Assembly (NCBI RefSeq): GCF_035594765.1
Contig: NW_026943824.1
Span: forward strand, 9,743,451-9,807,450
Length of the DNA: 64,000 nucleotides
Direction: 5' to 3'
From: Anolis carolinensis
Taxonomy: Eukaryota
Part shown: piece after piece, positions 26,931 to 39,772 of the stretch
How positions within the stretch are numbered: the first letter of the stretch is position 1
Layout of the letters: each line of letters begins with the position of its first letter
Notes under the pieces: model-generated
The model's database searches: none
Seen by the model: the letters and a program-made list of their open reading frames with translations, nothing else
Told to the model about the DNA's origin: nothing
Translations under genes and position numbers: made by a program

Positions 26931-28869
26931 AACCTCAAGTTTCATCCATTATATGTTTCTCAAAACAAAAAAAAAATTGGATAGAACTAAAAGGAGACTC
27001 CCCTGTGGTTCCTAAATGATACTTTCTACTCATAATCGAACTGCACAAAATCCCAGACTGACTTTCCTGTATGTGCGAGTGCTTCGTCCTGCCATTAAAA
27101 TTAATTCTGGCATTGAAATGATCCATAGCTTCCCATCTATGAGATGATGGTGGTTGGTGGTGGTGTGACACTATGGACCTCATGACTTGGAGGTCCAGAA
27201 GCCCGGGGACAGTGTAGTCCAGAACGCATCTTCATACCCTTGCTGTTGTGCGTCGTGGGCTGCCAACTCATGATGTTTCCATGCTGTCCCTGGCTTCTTC
27301 AATGAGATGGGTAGTTACCCAACTCCTCAGGGCTCTCTCTTAGCGCATTGCTGGCATGCCCTGACACAGAGCCCAACTGAGCCCCATCGGAAGTAGCCCT
27401 GCATCATTTGATGGGCTCTGCCGGACTCTGCCGGCAGCGCGGTAAGATGGGGAAAGCCACCTGTCTGATGAGGTGGTATGTGTCTGTTACACTTGCTTTC
27501 TCTTATATTCCATGTAATGAGCCTCTTTTATTACTCAGACATGATTAGTAAGGCTAAATCCTCAAGATCAGAGCCGCCACAAAGGTGTGATTCACAGTAC
27601 AGCTGGTGAGAGATACTAATTCTTTTCTTAGGCCCTAGTATAAATTGCTGTGACTCTTGCTAGGCATGGTTTGACTTTAAAAGCTTTTGGATGTTTTTTC
27701 AGCCAAGGTTTTGTAATGCCAAACTTGATAGTTTTTTTATACATTCTGTAACTTATAAACATTTAGAGCCAAATAGCCCAGCAGAATTTAGGAGGCTAAC
27801 AATATCTGCCTCTCTGTGTATGTATGTTTATGGGGTTTTTTTAACTTGTTATTAGATTAAATAGATTGGAGAGAAATTTGATTTTAGATGGAACTAATAT
27901 TAAATGACCCTTTGCTGTCAGCCAGGGCACTGGTGAGTATTCAGAAATCAATTACTAAGTCTTTTACACCAAGGCCAAAGGAAAGCATCAATAATAAAAA
28001 CTTTGTGACTGCCAGTTTTCATGGAAAAGAGGCTGTTAGAATGAATGAACTGATTATATGCAATCTATGTGTGTGTTTGAGAGCAGACCTCCTCATGAGA
28101 GGTGAAACCATTTGTGACCACTAATTAGCTTTTATATTTTTTTCTACCTTCAGAAAAAAATCTCTTATGTTTGGCCCATTTTCTCTTATGCACAACCAAG
28201 TGCTTATTACTTTACTGAGTTTACAGTGTTGCTTTCTCTTAATGTAAATGCTCCGGTAGTAATCGTGTTGAAACTTGGTCTTGCATCTGTGTTTGTATGA
28301 GCTGAAAATAGAAATCTTCCTAGGGCCTTATGGACCTCTTCTGAAATTTCTGGTCTGTAACAGATTGATAATGCAAAATTAACCAAGACACCAAAGAAGT
28401 TGCTTACTGTTTCAGTACTTGAGATATATCTACAAAATAGTATGCATGGTTAACATACATTATGTAGGTAAAATGGTTTGAAATGATGTGTTCTGGTAAG
28501 TTGATCAGAGTTGTATTCCTGCTTGGTATTTTTTTTAATCGATTTTGCTGTTATGACACATATTTTAACACAAGTGGAGATGAGCTGTAGATGGCAAGCA
28601 TGATTTTAAAACATTAATCATTCCATGTAGGTGGGAATGTGTTATGAGCAAATAAGTTCTAATCTTGTAGCAAAGCATGGTGGGTTGTGCATCTTTGCTC
28701 TTTAGAACATTTTACTGATCCAGTGGATTTCATTGTGGATTTCATTATTTGCCAGTTTGATTGATACGTCATCTCTCGGAATCTCTTGGTTTTCTGGTGT
28801 GTCAGCTTCCAGTGGTGCTTTTGCCAGTTTTTCCCTCTAAACTATGGCTTTTTAGCATCTTGTATTCAT

Positions 28870-29110
28870 TGGCTGTCTCCTATATAAGTCCTAACCAGGG
28901 CTGAACCTCTTAGCTTCCAAGACCAGACAAGATCAGGTGCACTTACACTGACACCATGTATTTTCAATAGGGTTCCCTTGAACAAGGGTTATTTTGAGCG
29001 GGTTTTAGCAGTTCCTTCCTCTCAAATATAGCATACAGGATCTCCCATCCAGGTACTATCCAGGATTGGCCCTGTTTAGTTTCCAAGATCAGACAATATC
29101 TAGTGCCTTT
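28870..29110 (-). mobile_element. Two tandem 5S rRNA-derived SINE heads
   Basis: Minus strand TTGTCTGATCTTGGAAACTAAACAGGGCCAATCCTGGATAGTACCTGGATGGGAGA and CTTGTCTGGTCTTGGAAGCTAAG..CCTGGTTAGGACTT..GGAGACAGCC match the 5S internal control region. Confidence 0.75.
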
Positions 29111-29230
29111 GGGTTATTTAGGTCCCTACAGATCCTTCCTTGGTCCCCAGTACAGTGGTTGACCCGAAATAAAGCAGACCTGTTGAACTCACGTTGACCT
29201 ATTATTCATCAGTTGATTAAATAGCTCTAC

Positions 29231-29767
29231 TATGCTACCGAGCCCAATTCAAAGTGCTGGTTTTGACCTATAAATCCCTAAACGGTTCTGGCCCAATCTC
29301 CTTGTCCGAACGTATCTCCTCCTATGAGCCAGAAAGATCCCTAAGGTCATCTGGTGAGGCCCTGCTCTCGGACCCGCCTGCCTCACAAGTGCGGCTGGTG
29401 GGAACGAGGGACAGGGCCTTCTCGGTGGTGGCTCCCCGGCTGTGGAACACCCTCCCCAGAGAAAAATGGTAAGCCCCAACCCTTTTGAGTTTTAGAAAAG
29501 CCTTAAAAACATGGCTATGTGCTCAGGCTTTTAACGAATAAAAGACAAAGATGACCCAGACTGATGTATGGATAAAGTACGAGGATATTGGATGAGCAGA
29601 TTTTAAGCATATGTTTTATATTTTATACTGTATTTAACTGTTTGTAATAGATTTTATATGCTGTTTGTTTTTAATGATGTGTCAGCATCGAATTGTTGCC
29701 AATTGTACACCGCCCTGAGTCCCTTCGGGTGAGAAGGGCGGGATAGAAATATTGGAAATAAATAAAT
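29231..29767 (+). mobile_element. L2 LINE 3' end (young subfamily)
   Basis: VLTYKSLNG..LRSS..RAFSVVAPRLWNTLP; 3' stem-loop and (TAAA)n tail. Confidence 0.9.
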
Positions 29768-31212
29768 ACTGTTGTTCAGAGTATCAGTTGGAGCTAGAAC
29801 TATATATATTCTTTTGTTAAAACAAGCTTCCAAACCTTTCTTCCAGTACCGCATAAATGATAAGATCCTTTTTACAGAATCTGGGAAGAATGCATAATCA
29901 ACCTTTTCTGCACAAATAGATATAGCAGAAAGAGACAAGAGAGAGTTCTTTCATGGAATCATGAAAGGGTGTTGTTTTGATTCTGCAGAATTACAAGCAA
30001 TACATTTCCCTTGCAATGAAAGTGCTAGCTTGATTAAAAACAGCAATTTCCACCAAGAAACAACTAATTACATTGATAGCATATTAACAGACTATGTAAA
30101 AGAAGTGGAAATGCAGTGATAAATCTAGCAAAGTAATTATATAAATTGAAGCATTTTGTCTAAAAGTGGGATAAAAGTTGTCAGAAAAGTGTTATTTATT
30201 TCGTACCAAGCTAATATTATAGGAGCAAACATCCAGGCAGGTGGAGTGTATCAAAATATTAATTACATGGGCTCATCTTCCCGCTTATAATAAATGTTCT
30301 CTGCCTGCCTTGCTTCAAAGGAATTACTGCAGAGATGTTTGAATTATTCAGAGGTGTCTACCTCACTGCACGTGGAGCTTTATGCAAATCAGGAAATATT
30401 TGGACAGACGAACAGTGCAGAAGTAAAATTTATTTTTATTGCTATTATTTAAAAAAACCCAAATTTGCATAATTTAGTCTGGATTTTCATAGGCTGTTTA
30501 TCAGGACTCCTGGCAGTAGAATTCAAGACAAACACTTGACAGTGTGTAAACTGTCACAACAATTAGTGTTATATTTCTGCCAGCAAGACCTCACCGAGAT
30601 CCTGTGACAGCTCCGAAGGAATTATAATGGCTGCCAGTGCTCTTCAGGTCCCAAACTAACCTACCAGGAATACCATTCAAAGACTTAAACCCTTGAGAAA
30701 TTGATACTTGAAGGAGTATCTTTCTTTATATATGCCTTCCTGACCATTAAGATGTGCCAAAGAGACCATTTCTGATAGCTGCAGCAATCCATTCTGTAGG
30801 GGCTTTCTCCACTGTGGCAATCCAGTTGAGCTTCTAACCTACTAAATTGTCTTAGATTGTTATTTACTTTTAGGCCTTTATCACACTAAGGACCTCATCA
30901 CATTAGGTTCCCTAACGTGGGAATTATGGCAAATCCATGAGGCAGCAGGGGAATCCATTGCCCTATGTCCACCAGCTCCTGCAACCCTGTCTTCCTCATC
31001 ACACGGAGGAACACATCACTGCCAAGATTTCCCCTGTAATATCCCCATTGCTGGTGATGAGAAAATGGAAAGCCTCCTGTGTTGCTTAGTCATAGGATGC
31101 TAGGAAGTTTGGGGACAGAGTCCTGCCAGAAGTAGCTGTGTGTTGTTTGATGGGGTCCAGCGGGCTCTGTCTCTGAACTGTGCTAAGAGTGTCCTACAAT
31201 GAGTAAGTTTTC

Positions 31213-32338
31213 GGGGTGTGGTGTCATCTGTACGCAGATGATGTCCAGTTCTGTCACCCCTTCCCACCTGTCACTAATGAGGCTGTTCAGGTCCTGAACC
31301 AGTGTCTGGCCGCTGTGTCGGACTGGATGAGGGCGAACAAATTGAAACTGAATCCAGACAAGACAGAGGTTCTCCTGGTCAGTTGCAAGGCTGAACAGGG
31401 AATAGGGTTACAGCCTGTGTTGGATGGGGTTGCACTCCCCCTGAAGACACAGGTTCACAGTCTGTGGGTTCTCCTGGACTCATCGTTGAGCCTAGAGCCC
31501 CAGGTTTCAGCAGTGGCCAGGGAAACATTTGCACAACTAAGACTTGTGCGCCAGCTGCGCCCGTTTCTTGGGAGGTCTGATTTGGCCACGGTGGTCCACG
31601 CTCTGGTTACATCCTGTCTGGAATCATAGAATCATAGAATAGATTCTATGATTCCAGACAGGATGTAACCAGAGCGTGGAATGTTGAAGATGGCCTGGAA
31701 GCTCCAATTAGTACAACGGGCAGCAGCCAGATTAATAACTGGGGTGGCATACAGGGAGCGCACCCCCCCCCCTGCTAAGCCAGCTCTACTGGCTGCCGAT
31801 ATGCTACCGAGCCCAATTCAAAGTGCTGGTTTTGACCTATAAAGCCCTAAACGGTTCTGGCCCAATCTCCTTGTCCGAACATATCTCCTCCTATGAGCCA
31901 GGAAGATCCCTAAGGTCATCTGGTGAGGCCCTGCTCTCGGTCCCGCCTGCCTCACAAGTGCGGCTGGTGGGAACGAGGGACAGGGCCTTCTCTGTGGTGG
32001 CTCCCCGGCTGTGGAACACCCTCCCCAGATATATACGGCAAGCCTCAACCCTTTTGACCTTTAGAAAAGCCCTAAAAACATGGCTATGGGCTCAGGCTTT
32101 TAACGAATAAAAGACAAAGATGACCTGGACTGATGTATGCCTAAACCATGAGGATATTGGATGAATGGATTATAACTATATGTTTTATATTTTATACTGT
32201 ATTAATTGTTTGTAATAGATTTTATATGCTGTTTGATTTTAATTATGTGTCGGCATCGAATTGTTGCCAATTGTATGCCGCCCTGAGTCCCTTCGGGTGA
32301 GAAGGGCGGGATAGAAATATTGGAAATAAATAAATAAG
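31213..32338 (+). mobile_element. 5'-truncated L2 LINE (RT C-terminal half) with internal palindrome
   Basis: YADD, WM..NKLKLNPDKTE, LVTS, HWLP-like and RAFSVVAPRLWN motifs; (TAAA)n tail. Confidence 0.92.
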
Positions 32339-34311
32339 TACTTTCCCACAGCAGATAAGGGCAACAGACCAGGATGCTCACCCTCACTGTAAAAACTCTG
32401 CAATTACATTATTACACTAACTCGCCAATCCAAATTCCCTCAGCTGTCCTCCCACAGTAATGCTGCACTATAATTTTTAGAAATGTTTAATTCTAGCTAA
32501 AAACAAACAAACCTAAAATCAATGAATTAAGCACTGAGTTGTAGTTATGGGGGGGAATGAGAGGTAGAGAGTAAGGGAAACTCATCCCTTGACATTATTG
32601 TTGGCATGCCAGTAAACAGTAGAAGGTACCCAATTGCACCGAGGTGAGATTGGGAGCTATTGTGGAGTTGGAAGCATTGTGGGATTGATGGGTTTTGCTG
32701 ATTACTAGCTAGGGTTTATCACTGAGCTGGCCAGCAATGTGCATACTATAGTATCCTATGATATAAACCATCACCAACACTAACAGCCCTACTTCAATTC
32801 CAGTTTTTTCCCTAAGTGCAATAAGTCTACAGATTGGTTTCTTTCCATACTATTATTTTATAATATATGCCCTTTCCCAAGAACTTTAGATATTAAGCAA
32901 ATTAATAATACTTCAGTAATCAGAGTTATGGTGGGATGATACAACTATGTGCTATCCCATACTCTATTCCTATTGTTCCTAACAATTTTCTCCCCTATCC
33001 ATATTGACTTTCATTTTGGCTAGGTGAGAATTCACATGGAGTGCTGTTATGATACTCAGCATCTGATCCCTATGAATGTGCTTGTCACTTTCATGGTGCC
33101 TGAATTGCCACTTTGTGGGAGCTAGTAATTTGACAAAACACCTTTAGGATTGTATCTATCTCCCAGATCGGAATTTGCACAACAAAGGGGAGAGTGTGTA
33201 GACATACAGTATATTGTAATGCCCTGTCTGAAACAACAACTCTGAGCTGTTGCGACTTACTAGCTGCATATAGTCCAAAGTACAGAAAGAAAGATGACAG
33301 CATTTTCTTTATTTCTTCTTCCCTTCCTAAGGGTGTGCTTGAAGTAGCTAGCTATAATTTTGGTACTGGAAACTTCTGATAAAGATCAGCAGAGAGAGCA
33401 GTTTTGAAAAGCATGCACTTTTGGAATTGTTTTTAACAAGTTTGCCCTGATTTTCAGTTCTAGCTTCAAGACACTTTCTCTCCTCCCCCTCCCTTGTATA
33501 GGCAACTAAAGGAAATTATTGATCAATTCTTTGGCAGTAAATCTGATCTCCTAACACTTCCTATTAAGCAATTTGGAAGCAATACAATTTTTTCTATTAC
33601 AGTATAAGCAAGGTATTGTTTAATTGATTTCTCTTTTAAAAAAAGATGAATATGGATTGTAATTAAGACTACTAAAGTAAACACTTAATTAGCCATATGT
33701 CTGATCTATCTGGGAACATATTCAATAGAAAAATTACTATTGGGGAGATGAGGAATTCAACTCTCCTCACCCCACCTTCAGTCTTCACATTTTTAGCATT
33801 GTGATAACTAAAAACTTCAGATGACCGATTATTAATACGGTTTAGATATCCAAGAAAAAGAGCCAGGTATCTGACCAAGAGCACCTCTGTCTTCTCTGCT
33901 TCACATTTTAGTTTATTCAACCTTATCTATTATGTGTTACTGTATCAAAAAGCTCTGATTTAGTACTGAAACAGCTTCTAATTAGATGGCAAGAAAGAGT
34001 TGAGTATATCAGCATACTGGTGACATCAACCCCCCAAATTCCAGATATCCTCGTCCAGAGTTTTCATATAGATATTAAGCAGCAGAACTAATCCCTGAGA
34101 GTTCCCACTGTCCAGCGGGTTTGGCTTTGAACATGAATTTCCCAGCCGTACTTGCTAAGTTCACCCTTCCAAGAAAGACCAAGACCACAGTAAAAGATAC
34201 TTCATTCAACCCTGGTTTAGGGGACATTTCAGCCAGATCGTCCCTAAGACCAAAGTGAAAGGCACATCTTTGTATCTCAGACATTACAGAGGGATGATTG
34301 TTGAAGACTAA

Positions 34312-34505
34312 GGGTACATCTACACTGTTTGATACTACTTTAATTACCATGGCTCAATGCTACGGAATCCCAGGGGTTGTAATTTGGTGAGGCCCAGTAA
34401 TTTTTGGCAGGAACATCTAAAGACCTTGCAAAACTATACATTTCATGATTCCATAGCTTTGAGACATGTCAGTTGAAGTGGTGCCAGACTGCATTCATGC
34501 CCCCT
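34312..34505. mobile_element. Harbinger-like MITE
   Basis: GGGTACATCTACACTG end with an internal inverted repeat; same family as 56720-56918. Confidence 0.65.
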
Positions 34506-37199
34506 AAAAGAAAAAACTCGAGCCTTGGTTTCAGGAAGAAAATACCAGACCTATTTTACAATAAAATAAATTGAAGCCTCGGGTTCCCTGTATTTTCCGC
34601 AGTACATTTGAGGAGCCTGCATCTCTTGGTACTGGAGTTATGATGGTAACTGGCAAGCAGACACACAGCTCTATATCACACATGGTATTTAGATTATAGA
34701 TATAGATATATTTCTTATTCTAATTTGTGTTTAGACATCATGAGCCAAGGTCCAGAGGGATCTGTGTAGATGGGCAGGATCCATTTGGGCCACTATACAT
34801 TGCCAGTGTCCAGTTGAGTCACTCCCGTTTATGCCATTCCCATTTGTGGAAGTATGTGTAAGCTGTTTGTTTTTTTGTTATGCGCCTTCAAGTCATTCCT
34901 GGATTTTGGCAACCCCAGGACCAATCTATCATGGAGTTCTATTCATGAAAATTATTGAAGTTTGCCTTTCTCTGGGGTTAGGGATTTGTGACTTCTCCAT
35001 TGGGTTTCCATGGCTAAGTGGGGACTTGAATCCTAATCTCCATAGGCTACTTACTATGCCTTTCCAAAGTTGGGCAAAGCTCTGCTTTCCCACCAAAATC
35101 CAAGATGGCGACCCATTGACCCAGAGATAATGGTGGGAGCTCCAGCAGAGTCTTTCACAAGCCATACCAGTTTGACTATTGTATTCTGATTTTCTCTCCT
35201 CTCCTCTCCTCCTTGAGCATAGGTTCCATTGTTTAACTACTCTGTTAGGGTTTTTCATTTCATCAGTTTTATATTGGCTCTCAACCATAATTTTTAAGTA
35301 TGAGCTTGGAATTGGTTTACAATAGAGTGCAGTTTAGCATGCAATGGTTAAACAGAAGGGGTGATTTGCTTTAATGTTCCTTTATGGGAGAAGTGCTGAA
35401 TTATGAAGCAGAAAAATAGAATGTTCTCAGCAGTGTAAATAAAACCGTAATCAAAGGAAGTAAATCATAGTCTTTTTTCGCCTTCACCTCCCCCTCCCTT
35501 CCCCCTAGCCAGTTTATGCTTTTGTGCATTGTTGGGTTATTAATCTTGATAATAGAAATGGGGAAGAAATGTTGCACTGAAAAATTGGAGTTGATATAAA
35601 ACACTGATGAATGAACAAAACAATTGTGACTTCTTAATGCTTATCTTTGCCATATTTTGACATGTAATCATGCTAAATTGAAAGCTTCTTGGAAAGCAAC
35701 AATTCTATTCTTTTAAGCATTTTTTTTTTTGCAATAGTGTGCTGTGCATGCAGGGACAACACTACCAGGTGATTGTAATATGAATTAAAATTTCAGGACC
35801 AGAAAAAGGAAGCTGCCCAACAGTTTGAATAATTCAATCACATTATTGACCTCAGTGGGATTGGGCTGACAGCAAAACAAGTTGAATGTATTTTGTTCCA
35901 TTTTTTTTTTATTCTACTGAACTGAGGTAGTTGATAGTTTCCATATCACTGGGATGTGAATATAATCTGTGTTTTATTCTAAATAGAAATGGTTCCTGAA
36001 CCTCTTTTGGGAGTAGCATTCAGAGCCTTCAAATTTAGTTGCTTATTTGCCAACATTTTACATGCACTGCTTAGAACTTTGTCACATTGATGAGGTTCAC
36101 TGTTCCGATTTGCTAGCTTCCATAGCGAATCAGTAAACAGTAGGGCATTCCCAGCATCCTGCACACTGACTCACTGCCATCTGACACTTCTCCATCACAC
36201 TTGGGAAGCGTTGCCACATGGCTTTTTCCCACAGTAGCCCTGTTGCTCCAAATGGAACACTGGGAGGCTCCCGTGTTGGCGCAGCACTACAACACTTCTG
36301 CCCCAATTAACCCACAGAGCCCCACCGGAAATAAGGCTACATTGTGTGATGGGTGGCATGGGGCTCTGTGGGTTAAATGAGGCTGAAGAATCGTGATGGA
36401 CACTGACAGGAAGTCCTCCTGCAATATGGGATGGGCTCCGTCACTTTTCATTAGCTCAGTGGATTAGAACCAGGGGTGGTGGTGGGGATAAAATCCTAAA
36501 ATCATTAAGGTATTATTGTAATGTAACATGTCACAAGCCGTCTCATTTTTGCCATTATTTTTCTGTGATCCTTTCTGTAGCAACTTAATTCAGTTGCTTT
36601 GTCAGTCAATGTAAAATTCCTCCCAGAACAGCTATTGTCACTGACAGCATTTGCCAACTTTCTATCTATTTTGGCATGAGCCCCCCTCCCCCACCCTGCC
36701 TTTATGACCAGCAGCCACATGGAATGATGGAAATTTGTTCATCTGGACATCAGGACACAAGAGGGGAGGATGTTTCCATCCCTTTCCAACCAACAATCTA
36801 CAGTGCAATGAGCAATTGCAACAGGGATCCTGCTTCTGGTTGTCAGAGCCTTGCTCATTGCTGGGGCGAAGCTGGAAACATAATTTTCAAATGCTGTGAT
36901 CTCCATCTGAACAAACTTTTCTCACTCTATGTGTCTACTGGTTGTGATGCTACATTGGGTAGTGGGTTTATGATCATGCCCATGGTATCATGATGGTAAA
37001 CAAAACATGTCGGGCAGTTGCACATAGAACAGTTACAGCTTCATAACTGTAGGTTATGAATCTATATTTACAAAACAGAGTGCCTGCCATTAATTTCCTA
37101 TTAGAACAAATTGGTTATCCCTTCTCCAAAATGTTAGAAGTAGGTTTGGGTTTGTCATGTTGCTTCAGAAGATGGTGAAAGTTGTGACCCCCTTCTGCC

Positions 37200-37720
37200 A
37201 TGGAAAAGCACAATCAAAGTACCCCTGACAGATAGCCATCCAGCCTTGTTTAAAAGCCTCCAAAGAAGAAGGCTCCAACAGACCCTAAAGCAGTTCCACT
37301 GTTGCTCTTATGGTTAGGAGGTTCTTCCTAATGTTCAGATAGAATCTCCTTTTTGTTATTTGAACCCACTGTTCCATGTTTCAGTCTCCAGGACAGCAGA
37401 AATCAACCCTGCTCCCTCTTCCTTATGTTTCAGATATTGAAACATGGCTCTCATGTCTTATCTCAACCTTCTCTTCTGAGGCTAAGCAGACCCAGCTCTT
37501 TAAGCCACTCCTCCAGACCTTTGATCCTTTTAGTAATCTTCCTCTGGACAGCTTAGAATCAATATTTTTCTTGAATTGCTTTGCCCAGAACTGAACACAG
37601 TGTTATGTCAGGTGAGAAGGTTTGACCAAAGCAGAATAGAGGGGCACTATGACTTCTCTTGATCTAGACACTATGCTCCTTTTGATGCAGCCCCAAATCC
37701 CATGCATTGACTGGTTCACA
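37200..37720 (-). mobile_element. CR1 LINE fragment
   Basis: CAGATAGCCATCCAGCC..GGAGGTTCTTCCTAATGTTCAG..TGCCCAGAACTGAACACAG are antisense CR1 ORF2 end motifs. Confidence 0.75.
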
Positions 37721-39709
37721 TAATGCTGCGGTGTCACAAGATGGGTACGTTATGTGCCATACCTTTTAACATGTCTTCAGTTTCTTCCAATATTTACTGC
37801 TTCTGGTGGTTGTGTTCCCAGTGCTGCTGCCTTTTATCATTTCAATTGCATACAGAATAACAGAAAACAAACAAACAAATAAAAAAGACATACTAGACCT
37901 GGGTTTTATCATGTTTTGGAGCATTCCAGGTATTGGATTCTTAGAACAAAAAAGTGCTTTAATACAAAATGAGAGGAAAAGGGAACGATTGCTCCGGAGT
38001 ATGTTACAGCTTTTCTTGCTGCCTATGAAAGGAACTGGAATGATAATGAAATGTGCTGGAGCACTCTTTAAGTATCCCTGTATCTGTGACACATTTAAAT
38101 ATAAGCTTGCTACATCTCTTTTCCTCCTTCAGTTGTGCACACACACACACATGACATAGAGTTTTCTGCTGCTCATTTGACCTGCTGCTTCTGAGGATTT
38201 CCTTTCAGTACAGAGGAGAGTGTCTCCTTTTGACAGACAGTGCAAATTAAGAGATATGGGCAAGATTCAGGAAGCTGGATGCCTGAAAGTGTCCCCTGGG
38301 TTTTCATTTACAACTAGGGGCTGCGATAGACACAATTACTGCTGTCAGAAACTCAGAGGTTAGTGGAAGGAGCGCATGGCAGCCTCAGCTCGTGCTGCGC
38401 TGTAATTGCCAAGATTATTTTTAATCAGAAGTTATTCTATAAGCCCAAACATTAGAAATCTCTCGTTGGGGCCGACAGGAAATTAAACTGAGGCCAAATG
38501 ACAACAACAAAAATGACAACAAAAAACGTGTTGCCTCAAAATAGAGGTAATATTCCAAGTTGCCTAATCATTTTGTTGTTTCGCTTTCTTCTATAAGGAG
38601 GTGATAATCTATTGTTCGGCTGCTGATATCATTGTCTAATTTTGCTTTGGGACTGGAATTTTAAATGACCAGACACGATCTGTTTCAGTCTATTTATAAA
38701 TTGGCTGTTTTTTGCCACCAGCCAGATCAAATGTGTGAGAACGAAGCAGAGCTAATTTTATATCTTCTTTTTGACATTTAATTGGTGTTCATCTTCCATG
38801 TGTTGGCTGCTATGATTCTACCCCATTTTTCAAACTTTTTGCACAGTGAAGAGTAGATGTATCTCATTGCCTCAAATTATTGACCAAAATAAAAGAAGCT
38901 ACAGAAAATCTATGGGTTAAATCTGTCTGTACTAAATGGGAAAATGTTGTTGAATGATATATTAATAAATCATTCGTTGGGGAGAAGGAGAAAAGTAACA
39001 CAGAAGTTGAAAAGCAAGTTTGCATTTTCACCAGGATGGGTCCAGTCCATGGGAAGCCATTAGGATGAATGCCTTGTAATGCTCTTTAGGAAGAGTTGCT
39101 GTAACATGTAAAACCACTCATTAGTAGTAATAGACAGATTGCTTTAATTTTGGTCTGTGTCAGTTTCACTTGTATATCCAATTGGGTTTGGTTCCAGGAC
39201 TCCCCATGGATGGCAAAAAATCCATGGATGCTCAAGTCCCATTGTATGCAATGGCGTAGTAAAACGGAGTCCCTGCTATAAAGTGGCAACATCAAGGTTT
39301 GCTTTTTCAGTTATTTAAAATATATATATTTTCAAGCCATGCATGTGTATTCAGAACCTGTGGCTACAGAGAACTGATGGTATTCATTTGCCCATTCTTT
39401 CCTATTGGCAAATAACTCTGGACTATGAATCATAGAACGAAATAAGTGGAAGAGACTACAAGGGACATTCAGTCCAACCTTCTACTGTGCATTTAAATAC
39501 TTAATATTCATTTTGTTCTTGTTTACCCTTGAAATAAACATTTTGCATAGATTCAAACCTCAGTATTCCATTTTTTTTTGTTTTACACCAGGAATTATAA
39601 AACCAAACTGGTTCAATTAATGTATTTCATAGATGCAGTGATTCGCAAAATGTGTACATTTTAGTCATCAGAAGAAAATGACAATGTTTTCTGTTTTTTC
39701 TTCTTCTAG

Positions 39710-39772
39710 GAAACTACACAGAGGCTTCATGTAAGTGGAAGCTATACTTTTCTGGAGAGGAGCATTAATTCT
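39710..39772 (+). CDS. Candidate internal host exon (21 or 63 nt), gene unidentified
   Basis: Strong acceptor TTTTCTGTTTTTTCTTCTTCTAG|G and two GTAAGT donors (39731, 39773); phase-0 frame is open: ETTQRLHVSGSYTFLERSINS; non-repetitive flanks. Confidence 0.5.

Noticed and set aside
28870-29110. Functional 5S rRNA genes
   Set aside because: Partial and diverged, and attached to SINE-like bodies.
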